Part shown: positions 33,549-41,774 of the stretch, one piece after another
Layout of the letters: each line of letters opens with the position of its first letter
How positions within the stretch are numbered: the stretch's first letter is position 1
Assembly: GCA_020724065.1 (NCBI GenBank)
Contig: DYHQ01000003.1
Location: forward strand, 1 to 49,668
Direction of reading: 5' to 3'
Source: Candidatus Puniceispirillum sp.
Lineage (GTDB): Bacteria > Electryoneota > RPQS01 > DYHQ01
Length of the DNA: 49,668 nucleotides
The notes under the pieces: generated by a model
Seen by the model: only the letters and a program-made list of their open reading frames with translations
The model's database searches: none
What the model was told of the DNA's origin: nothing
Made by a program: the position numbers and the translations under genes

Positions 33549-36500
33549 GATTCTTGGCGGGACTTTTCAGGGGTAGCGGACGCGCGGCGTCGGTAACTGC
33601 TCCGATTTTTGCAGCAAAAGAGCTGCGCTTCGCAATGTCCTCATCACTCACAAAGTGCACATCGAGCAATCTGCCACAGCGGTAGCCTGTGTGCAAATAG
33701 TTCATTTCATCCAAGCAACGGCTCCAGCCCTCCAACCACTGCTCCAATCCTTCCCTCTGTTGTTCCGAGCCTGCAAAGTGAATCAGCAAATCAATGTCAC
33801 TTCCCGGGCCAGCCGAAGCGTTTTTTACACTCCCGAAAACATAGAGTGCTCGGACTCCAAAACGGTCGGGCTCCAGATGCTCCGCGATGCGTTCCGCCAT
33901 TTGCAGTCGCCAACGCCAATGTTCTTCCACATGCTGCTCCTGGGCAAAAGGTTTCTGCTCGCTCCTTTGTTCTGCAGCGGCAGCGGGCGAAACGAGGAAG
34001 CCCACCGCTTCGTCCAGGTCAGCATTCATCAGGACGCGAAGGACTCGACCGTCCGCTGCTCTTGGCACATCAATGACCCTCACACAGTCGGCAAGGTGGG
34101 CCGCTTCGGGAATAATATCCGGGAGGATATTATGTTCGGCGGTCAAAAAATGTTCATTGAAAATCACTTCTTTGTCATCGGGATAGAGCGGCAAGTAACG
34201 GATAGAAGCTTCCACCATGTCCTGAAAAAAATGCGTTCCAAATGAAAGATCAGGAACATAATTTCCGCGTTGTCGTGCGATCTCAATCAGCATCGCGGTG
34301 TTGTTGATGTCGGAATAAGTCACACTGACGCCGAGCTTGATATCACCGCGGCTGCCCCAACGACCCGGGCCCATGAGAATGAAGCTTCGTTTAGGCAGCA
34401 TTTTGTTAAGCTGACCCACAACTCGCCCGATGTCTTTCAGAGTGGGCAAATCACTGACCTCGCTGTAGCGCTGGGGGTCCACATAGACAATGTGGGTAAT
34501 GTCAGCGACTTTGCCGTTGGAAACATAGCGATTCGCCGAGAAGATGACATCGCGAGGCGGCATGTCCTTGGGAATCGGCATCGGTACGCAATCTTCGGCA
34601 TAGCTTTGCGGACGGCACTGGAGCAAATAGAAATCGCTGCCGTCGGAAGCGAACTCGATATCCACTGGCGTGCCCAACTTCTCTTGAAGGACGCTCAGAA
34701 TCGTTTGCACTTGCTTGACGAAGGGAGTGCGTGAGACAAGTCCTTCGAAAGTGACGACAAAATCCTCTGGCTTGAGGTCGAGCAAGAAACCTGTTGGCGA
34801 TTGAATATCATGGTCGCGACAGATGGAAATAGCCTGATTCAGCCACGGAAGGTCATGGGCATGCTCGCCCAAGAAGACATCAGCGTCAATCGTTTCAAAT
34901 CGGTTGGTTTCGAGATTGATGACATCCAATTTTCTTGGCGAATAGCGCACCACCTCTTCCGCCGTAATATTGACCCGAAGGCCGGGTTGACCGGGTGCAA
35001 CAAGAACCGGGTAGTCGTCGCTGAGTCGGTCCACGGCGCGGGTGCCAAGGCCGGGCACCATGCGAATCAAGCCGTCTTCGCGGCGAATCCGCGGCGACCA
35101 CCGGAACTCATTGTTGCTGAAGGCCACTCCGGCAAAAGCCGGCAAGAAATATTTTCCCACCTGCGTGCCGACAACCTCCTGAATCATGATGCCCATTTCT
35201 TCACGAAAGTCCAAAAGACCTCGCTCCGCACGGTATTGAATGGGGTCAGGGCCGAAAGTGGACGAATAAACCTCGGCTACGGCGTCCATCAGCGCTTCAA
35301 GGCGTTCTCGCTTTGTCCCTTGATTGGCGAGAAACAGGCTCTTGTATTTTCCGGAGAATGCGGCCCCAAATCGGTCTTCGAGAAGACTGGAGCTGCGAAC
35401 GATGAGTGGTCGTGCCTCAAAATCGTCGAGGGCCATCGAGAGTCCCTGCGTGATTTCCGGTGTGAAGCTGGAATGCTTGAAGACCTGCACGAGCTGATCA
35501 TATTCTCGGCGAATCTCGTCAATCTCTCTGTATTTGTGTTCGACGAGTTCTTCCAGATTATTATAGGTTACGAAGCTAAGCAAACCGTCCGAGGTGATAT
35601 ACCAGGTTTTGGGAATCTTGATGCTGCGCAGGATTTCCAATTCACGGCTCATTTTTTCTATGATGTGGGAAGCCAGAAAAAGTCCTGCGCTTTTCCCTCC
35701 GAGTTTTCCATGACTGCCCATCGGAAAGACGATGCGCTGCGAGAGATCAGAGAAGTCGCTGAAGTCCACATACTCTTTGGCGACATTGATGTATTCCAAT
35801 TGGTCGGTGAAGAATCGCCGAATCAGTGACACTCGCAGCTCCTTATCCGTCGTCGGTGAGAGTTCGGCTCCCTCGGCCGAAATGTGGGCGAAACGACGCA
35901 TGGCGTCGGTAATTTCCCGCAACGATGTGCCAAAACTTTCGAGGGCTGTAACCAAGAAACTCGACTTGTCCTCTTGGATCCATTTTTGAATCCAGGACAG
36001 GATCTCCGGATCGCTGAAGTAGGTCGCCGCCATATCGAGTATGGTCTCGCCAAGTTCCACGGAAACATCAAAGGCTCGCTTTCGAATCGGCTGATTCTCA
36101 TCCTCCGGAGTGCCGCCTTCTGACTGCATACGCTCCTGCAGGATCTCTGCCTCGCGGATACCGCTGGAGCAGAGACGAACGAACATTTTTCGCAAAATTC
36201 GGCGATAGAGATTCTGGTCTGTTCGGTGCAATAGCCCAAGCGCGACACGCCATTCTCCCTTTCCGCTCTCGGTCAGGTCTCGCTTAGCGGATTGCCAATC
36301 GTCGTGCATGCGCCGAAGCTGTTGATACTGGATGAAATGCCCCAATCGGTCGGCGATCGTGTTAATCAGTTTCGCCTCTTCGGAGAGGAAGGGTCCCACG
36401 GCCGCCGGCGGCATCTCGCGTGTGTAATAGACGCCGATCGTTCCGACGACTTCATCTTGGACAATGATGTCGGCGAATTGCGCCCACGGCGTCTCCTTGA

Positions 36501-36726
36501 AATTCGGCGGAACATAGACGGTGCCATCATAGGTGATTTTGGCTTGGCACACATCCGGATACTGCCAGCCCGGAGGAATCGCCTGCACAACGCCGTGAAA
36601 AATCCGTTCGAGGCTGGCGTCGGGATCCGTCAGAAGCTCCTCGATCTTGTACAGGCAATTCAGTTCCTTCGCTCTCTCGTGCAATGCGGAGAGTAGTTTG
36701 CCGATTGGCCGCTCGTCTTCATTCAT
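33529..36726 (-). CDS. Multidomain protein: GAF-like sensor, PEP/pyruvate-binding (PPDK_N-type ATP-grasp) domain and C-terminal MNT-type nucleotidyltransferase
   Basis: N-terminus ERAKELNCLYKIEELL...VGTIGVYY. PPDK_N blocks GKLGGKSAGL and LIVRSSSLLEDRFGAAFSGKYKS. Shared C-terminal blocks GPGRWGS and FGTHFF. NTase signature FGSVKNASAGPGSDIDLLIHF (G-S-x10-D-x-D) near 33790-33834. Confidence 0.9.
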   Translation of the reverse strand: MNEDERPIGKLLSALHERAKELNCLYKIEELLTDPDASLERIFHGVVQAIPPGWQYPDVCQAKITYDGTVYVPPNFKETPWAQFADIIVQDEVVGTIGVYYTREMPPAAVGPFLSEEAKLINTIADRLGHFIQYQQLRRMHDDWQSAKRDLTESGKGEWRVALGLLHRTDQNLYRRILRKMFVRLCSSGIREAEILQERMQSEGGTPEDENQPIRKRAFDVSVELGETILDMAATYFSDPEILSWIQKWIQEDKSSFLVTALESFGTSLREITDAMRRFAHISAEGAELSPTTDKELRVSLIRRFFTDQLEYINVAKEYVDFSDFSDLSQRIVFPMGSHGKLGGKSAGLFLASHIIEKMSRELEILRSIKIPKTWYITSDGLLSFVTYNNLEELVEHKYREIDEIRREYDQLVQVFKHSSFTPEITQGLSMALDDFEARPLIVRSSSLLEDRFGAAFSGKYKSLFLANQGTKRERLEALMDAVAEVYSSTFGPDPIQYRAERGLLDFREEMGIMIQEVVGTQVGKYFLPAFAGVAFSNNEFRWSPRIRREDGLIRMVPGLGTRAVDRLSDDYPVLVAPGQPGLRVNITAEEVVRYSPRKLDVINLETNRFETIDADVFLGEHAHDLPWLNQAISICRDHDIQSPTGFLLDLKPEDFVVTFEGLVSRTPFVKQVQTILSVLQEKLGTPVDIEFASDGSDFYLLQCRPQSYAEDCVPMPIPKDMPPRDVIFSANRYVSNGKVADITHIVYVDPQRYSEVSDLPTLKDIGRVVGQLNKMLPKRSFILMGPGRWGSRGDIKLGVSVTYSDINNTAMLIEIARQRGNYVPDLSFGTHFFQDMVEASIRYLPLYPDDKEVIFNEHFLTAEHNILPDIIPEAAHLADCVRVIDVPRAADGRVLRVLMNADLDEAVGFLVSPAAAAEQRSEQKPFAQEQHVEEHWRWRLQMAERIAEHLEPDRFGVRALYVFGSVKNASAGPGSDIDLLIHFAGSEQQREGLEQWLEGWSRCLDEMNYLHTGYRCGRLLDVHFVSDEDIAKRSSFAAKIGAVTDAARPLPLKSPAKNPTSIRE

Positions 36727-38473
36727 AGTTAATCACACCTCGTCCGGTTCGCCCGTCAACCTTCATCTGCAACGGGGACGACAGACGGACATGTCGAAGG
36801 TAGCGTGTTTCAACGATTTTGTCCTGTCGCTCCAGCCATTTCCACTGAATCTTGTACGGACTGTCGTGGTGGACAGAAAAATAGCTAACGCGAAAACTTG
36901 TGAGATTGTGGAAGAAGTGAGACCCTTGACTGAGCTCGATATTCATCTGAGGCAGCGTCGCTTCCACAATCACTCTGGCCGCGGATACTTGGCTCCAACT
37001 CACGGGAATACCCAGCCAGGGGTCCGAACTTCCCCATCGGCCAAAACCAATCAGCAGGTAGGGGTGCCTCTCAGCGGCCAAGTTCTTATTGAGCTCGGTG
37101 AGTTCATCGGCGATAATGCGCGTGTGTTTTGCCTCAAAAATTTCGGGCTTCACATAGATAATGTCTCGGATCGTGTTGAGCGTGCCGTTGCCCATGACCG
37201 ATTCGGAGGCTAGCAGGACTTTCTCGCCCATGAGGCTCGCCTTGTCTATTTCGACGGGCTCATTCGAGACAACCATCGGCCGGACTTGAAGAAATCCGAA
37301 TCGTGCCGGAAGACCATGCGCGGAGTCCAATGTCATGGCAAATTCAATCTCCACGGAGGCGCCTGACGCCTGCTCGCAGAGCTTCAGCAGTGTTGTGAGC
37401 AGTTGGTTCAAGGGGATGGCTTCCAGTTGAAGGATTGGGGCGAAAGTGAGAACGCGAGGACCCTGCCCACCGGTTCCGGGAGACAAGCGGTCTGACTGAG
37501 GATCATAAGTGGATGCAATGAACCGCAGCGTCTCATCCTGTTCGGCGTCCGCCAGGCGGGGTTGGACGAGATACTCCGTTTCCCGAATAGGATCATAAGC
37601 CGGTGGTTTTCCCATGTTCACAGCCCAGAACTCCACTTGCGTCTGCTCGAGCATGTCGCGCACGGATCCAAAGGGCGGGTTGATCGCGGGAAATGCCGGA
37701 GAGTATGTCCAGCACAGACTGCCCTCCACAACCGTTTTGCCCAAACCCAGAGCCAAATCAACGACACCCCCCTCGGGTTTGGCCTTGCCCATCGGATAGA
37801 AATTGTACGACCGCGCCACGCCGGACAGGGTCGGGTAGAAACGGTCGTGATGCCGCTCGCCAAGAATCTCCTGAATAATCACCGCCATTTTTTCATTTTC
37901 GATTTGGCGTTCCGCGCTATCAATGTAGGCCTTCGCCTTTTGGAAATAAGTGGATGCGTAGACGAACTTGATGGCTTCAATCAGCTTGTGAAAACGGGTT
38001 TCCACATCAAACGAGTTATTGGGAATCATTTTTGTTGCGTAAACGCCGGCAAAGGGATGATGCATCTCGTCTTCCAAGACACTCGAAGAACGGACGGCCA
38101 GCGGTTGATGCACTTTGGCAACTAATGCCATCAAATCGCCAATGTGCGCTGCGGGAAATTCAGCCTTCTGAAACGCGTGGGCGATGTGGTCATCGGACAA
38201 GTCGGAAAGTGCGACATGGGAAAGGTCATTCCGTTCTATGAATGCATCAAAGACATCCGTGGCCAACACGCAGAACCGCGGAATGCTCACCGTGATTCTT
38301 GGAAAGTCGTTTGGATGAACACCTTCGGCAAGCGTATCGCGGATGGATATCAATCCATTGGCCTTGCCGCCCAGTCCACCGGAACCGATACGCGAGAATT
38401 CCTTGCTGCTGGTGAAGAATTCTCGATCGAAGGGTGGAATCTCCATGTAGGTGACTTTTGGTTGTTCGGTCAT
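36719..38473 (-). CDS. PEP/pyruvate-binding (PPDK_N-type) domain protein, paralogue of 33529-36726, with no swivel or PEP-utiliser domain seen
   Basis: GGLGGKANGL, LAVRSSSVLEDEMHHPFAGVYATK, GFGRWGS and QGSHFF. Its stop overlaps the downstream start by 8 nt (ATGAATGA). Confidence 0.9.
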   Translation of the reverse strand: MTEQPKVTYMEIPPFDREFFTSSKEFSRIGSGGLGGKANGLISIRDTLAEGVHPNDFPRITVSIPRFCVLATDVFDAFIERNDLSHVALSDLSDDHIAHAFQKAEFPAAHIGDLMALVAKVHQPLAVRSSSVLEDEMHHPFAGVYATKMIPNNSFDVETRFHKLIEAIKFVYASTYFQKAKAYIDSAERQIENEKMAVIIQEILGERHHDRFYPTLSGVARSYNFYPMGKAKPEGGVVDLALGLGKTVVEGSLCWTYSPAFPAINPPFGSVRDMLEQTQVEFWAVNMGKPPAYDPIRETEYLVQPRLADAEQDETLRFIASTYDPQSDRLSPGTGGQGPRVLTFAPILQLEAIPLNQLLTTLLKLCEQASGASVEIEFAMTLDSAHGLPARFGFLQVRPMVVSNEPVEIDKASLMGEKVLLASESVMGNGTLNTIRDIIYVKPEIFEAKHTRIIADELTELNKNLAAERHPYLLIGFGRWGSSDPWLGIPVSWSQVSAARVIVEATLPQMNIELSQGSHFFHNLTSFRVSYFSVHHDSPYKIQWKWLERQDKIVETRYLRHVRLSSPLQMKVDGRTGRGVINYE

Positions 38474-38479
38474 GATTTG

Positions 38480-41400
38480 CTAACCGGATTTCTCCGGCAG
38501 TGATTGCACGATTCGAACTGTTTCGAGGCTCACTCGGATGACTTGACCGACGAGGCGCACGATGTATTCGGGGTTGTCGTCGCGGTTCGGATCCGAGACA
38601 ATTCCGGAGCGTTTGTCGGTCTTGATTTGATACTGGTCAATGACCCATTCCAGCGCACTGCGATTGCCCAGGCGATATTGGAAGGTTTCCGGAGGAATAC
38701 CCACGACGGAGATCGAGTCATTGATCTTGAGTTCGCGCTTATCTTTCGACAGCCGCATCTTTTCCACCCGCCAATCGAGCCGCTTCTTCTCATCGAACAC
38801 GAGACAACATCCGGTGCCGTGTCGGCTGCTTGCAGCCGACCGCGACTTCTTCGCCGAGGCGGATCCCCCTCCGCGGGCGGGGGGGATAGGGGGGGTCTCT
38901 TCCCAGATCGGCGGCAACTTCTCATAATTCAAATGCAATTCCGCGAGCTTCTTGCCCGCGTCAGCGAAAGCCCAGAAATCGGGAGCAAAGGGAATCCGCG
39001 GCAGTTCGCGCTTCAGATTATCAGCGAATTTCTCGCGATAGCCCGGATGGTGGAGCAAGCCGTAAACATAATAGAAGATATCCCATTTCCCAATTTGCCG
39101 TAGGGGCGGTCGCAGACCGTCCCCTACACCGCCGCCGTACCTCTGCCGGAACTGCCCCAACGCCCAATCCGTGATATTCTCCCGCCTTCCGCTGCCATCC
39201 TCGTTATAGACATAGAACGGGAAGCACTGGCAAGCACTCCCAAAGCCAACGAATGCATAATTTGGTATTGAATCAACAGCAAGTGAATAGAAATCCTTTT
39301 CGGCTGCGACGCCTGCCAAGCAGATTGCGATATTTTCTGATTCAGAGTGCGGTGTCGGGAACAAATGGGGCTGTAGGTAGCGCCGCTCTATCCAAAGATC
39401 ATCGAAATAAGCATACTGTTTGTCAAATGGTCTGTAGATCGAGCGCCGTAGCCACTTTTCCTCGAACTGGCTACTCGCGAGTTTCTTGGCTGATTCCTTT
39501 GTGCGGTGACTCCACTTAATCCGCGGATCGTTCACATCAATGAGTGACTCGGGATCAGTCTTTCCATGTTTGCGTTTCAGCTTGTCCACAGTTTCGTTAT
39601 AAGCTTCAACGAATATCTCGGCTCGCTTTGCCAACGTTTCTAAGCTGTGGGAGTATGAGTACGAGTCTCGAGCAGTGACGATGCCGCATGAATGGATCTT
39701 GAAGATGGTCTCTGCGTCCTTTCCTTTGGCGGCTTTTGCCTCTTTCGAGCCGATGGAGACAAAGGATTCGAATTCATCAGTGTGCGCTGCGGTCAGCCAG
39801 TTGTGGCGGGAGTCGGGCTTGACAGACTGCCACTCAATCCCACCTACCATCTTGGCCTCGTTCAGTAGCTGGAACTTCTGAACACGGATCCAGCGGAAGG
39901 GGACATCGGAGTAAAAAAGTTGCCGTTTCACTCGATTGCGGTGTTTAACTAACACGCTTATGCTCACTCCGACCATCGTCGAGAGGCCAAATACCGTGTG
40001 CAACTCGCCGAGAGGAATCCCGTCTCGCATTGAGTCTTTGCGGATATTACCCTTAAGATCCAAGATGTACAATGAATCAAAGTCTTGAACAAGATGTTTT
40101 CTCATTCCGTCGAAAGCGATCTGGTCAATGAAGCTGTTATTGCTGACAAAGCAGACGATGCCGTCCCGGTCCCCTAATCGGTCGGTGGCCCAGCGGAAGA
40201 ATTTGACATAGGGGTCGAAGAGTTTGTTGCGCAAAGTTGCCTTGGAGTCACGGACATAAGTCTCACGCAGACGTGCTTCGAGTCGCTCATAGGTTCGATT
40301 TTTGTTGTTGTCATTTTCGTTGACCTGGCCCATGTTATATGGCGGATTGCCGATGACAACAGTGATCGGAGCTTTGCGTTGCCTCTCGACGCGCTCGGTA
40401 TTCTTGGGGGCGAACAAATCGGCGTGGGCTTTCTGCTTTCGAATATCCTCCTCGACCAAATCAAGCGTATCCACGAAGCATAGGCCTTCGAACGGTTCGT
40501 ATTTACTCGTTCGCTCGTAGTAGGCGTGTTCGATGTTGAGCGCGGCGATGTAATAGGGCATCAGCATCACTTCATTGGCGAAAAGCTGCCCTCGATAGAC
40601 GCGCTCGAGGTCTTGGGAGGGAATGCGATGGATGAGGTTGACGATGAAATTGCCCGTGCCCGTGCAAGGGTCAATGATAAACACATCCTCCGAGCCGAGA
40701 GTCTTGCCGAACTCGGACTTCAGCACCTCCTCGACTGACGCGCACATGAAATCCACAATCGGCTGAGGGGTGTACACAATCCCGTGCGTGTCCGCCACTT
40801 TGACGGAAACCCCTTGAAAGAATCGCTCATAGATGCTGTTCAGGAAATGTTGCTTGTCGCTGAAACTCTCGATGGTGCGCGCCGCTTCTTCGATGGCTTT
40901 GTAGAATCGGTCGAGGGAAGCCAGAAACTCCTCCCGATTGAAGTAGGGACCGACCAGGGAGTCAATCACCTTCTCCACTTCGGCGGCAATCACATTTCGG
41001 CGCGTGAATTCGGGTTTATTGAAGATAGTGCGGATCAAGCGTTCGGTTAGTAGATGCTGAACGAGCATCTCCTTGACGGCATCCTCGCGGATATTCGGAT
41101 TGAGCGAACGCTGGCAGAGCTCAAAGAAACTCCCGAAGGCCGCCTGAAATTTCTTGTTCTTCTGCAAGCCCTCTTCAATTTTGCCAAGAAGCCCTTTGCC
41201 GAGCTCCGGCACATGTTCCTTGAACTGCACGACGGCCTGCTCAAAGCTCTCGATGTTCGGCTGCGTATATTCGTAGAAAGCATTGAGAAGGGAGGCGAGT
41301 TGCGTGGCATTCGAGACATCTGCCTCGCCGGCCTTGCGACGACTTCGAAAGAGAATCGCGCGCTGACTGTCCTCGAAGATTGTGTTATCGGTGGGATAGC

Positions 41401-41689
41401 CTTTGCCGATTTTGATTTGGATTTCCTTTTCGAGATCATCGTGCTCGTCTTTCGATTCCCACCATCCGCGCGTCATTGAAAACTGATCCTTGAAAGTACC
41501 GTCCGGACGAATGCGTTTGCCGGGGATGGTCTCCTCCGTGATCAGCGTCCAACTCACGGAGCGAGCGGTGTTCGAAAGGAGCGCTTGAAACGCAGAACGC
41601 AAGCCCCCTTCGTGCTTGACGCCATGGCCGCGCAAGCTCGCACGTGCCTCGTGGAACTCCTTAATGGCTTTGTGAGTCGGTTTGATCAT
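38480..41689 (-). CDS. Single-polypeptide restriction-modification-type enzyme: N-terminal PD-(D/E)xK-like nuclease, gamma-class N6-adenine methyltransferase and type ISP-like C-terminal domain (type IIG/IIL-like)
   Basis: Nuclease-like RIRPDG-x14-ESK (about 41452-41506). GIVYTPQPIVDFM. SAM motif FIIDPCTGTGNF (about 40645-40675). Catalytic VIGNPPY (about 40337-40357). C-terminal GLLHHPGYREKFADNLKRELPRIPF...LHLNYE...WRVEKMRL...GNRSALEWVIDQYQ...SGIVSDPN. No helicase motifs. Confidence 0.92.
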   Translation of the reverse strand: MIKPTHKAIKEFHEARASLRGHGVKHEGGLRSAFQALLSNTARSVSWTLITEETIPGKRIRPDGTFKDQFSMTRGWWESKDEHDDLEKEIQIKIGKGYPTDNTIFEDSQRAILFRSRRKAGEADVSNATQLASLLNAFYEYTQPNIESFEQAVVQFKEHVPELGKGLLGKIEEGLQKNKKFQAAFGSFFELCQRSLNPNIREDAVKEMLVQHLLTERLIRTIFNKPEFTRRNVIAAEVEKVIDSLVGPYFNREEFLASLDRFYKAIEEAARTIESFSDKQHFLNSIYERFFQGVSVKVADTHGIVYTPQPIVDFMCASVEEVLKSEFGKTLGSEDVFIIDPCTGTGNFIVNLIHRIPSQDLERVYRGQLFANEVMLMPYYIAALNIEHAYYERTSKYEPFEGLCFVDTLDLVEEDIRKQKAHADLFAPKNTERVERQRKAPITVVIGNPPYNMGQVNENDNNKNRTYERLEARLRETYVRDSKATLRNKLFDPYVKFFRWATDRLGDRDGIVCFVSNNSFIDQIAFDGMRKHLVQDFDSLYILDLKGNIRKDSMRDGIPLGELHTVFGLSTMVGVSISVLVKHRNRVKRQLFYSDVPFRWIRVQKFQLLNEAKMVGGIEWQSVKPDSRHNWLTAAHTDEFESFVSIGSKEAKAAKGKDAETIFKIHSCGIVTARDSYSYSHSLETLAKRAEIFVEAYNETVDKLKRKHGKTDPESLIDVNDPRIKWSHRTKESAKKLASSQFEEKWLRRSIYRPFDKQYAYFDDLWIERRYLQPHLFPTPHSESENIAICLAGVAAEKDFYSLAVDSIPNYAFVGFGSACQCFPFYVYNEDGSGRRENITDWALGQFRQRYGGGVGDGLRPPLRQIGKWDIFYYVYGLLHHPGYREKFADNLKRELPRIPFAPDFWAFADAGKKLAELHLNYEKLPPIWEETPPIPPARGGGSASAKKSRSAASSRHGTGCCLVFDEKKRLDWRVEKMRLSKDKRELKINDSISVVGIPPETFQYRLGNRSALEWVIDQYQIKTDKRSGIVSDPNRDDNPEYIVRLVGQVIRVSLETVRIVQSLPEKSG
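38821..38895. repeat. GC-rich palindrome plus paired homopolymer tracts inside the RM-type gene linker
   Basis: gtcggctgc-tt-gcagccgac is a 9-bp perfect stem (38821-38840). G7-ATA-G7 lies at 38879-38895 (C7-TAT-C7 on the coding strand, encoding PPIPP). The segment encodes the low-complexity stretch PPARGGGSASAKKSRSAASSRHGTGCC. Confidence 0.5.
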
Positions 41690-41774
41690 ATATCTGATTG
41701 CCCCCTTCTATGCCCCGTAAACGGGGGGATTCCTTCTCGTCGGCGCCTTGCGCCCGAAATCTCAGGTCTTCAAG

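Noticed and set aside
33529-38473. Annotating the two PPDK_N proteins as phosphoenolpyruvate synthase or pyruvate phosphate dikinase
   Set aside because: Only the nucleotide-binding half is recognisable. I found no GG-x-TSH phosphohistidine motif or PEP-utiliser barrel motifs by eye.
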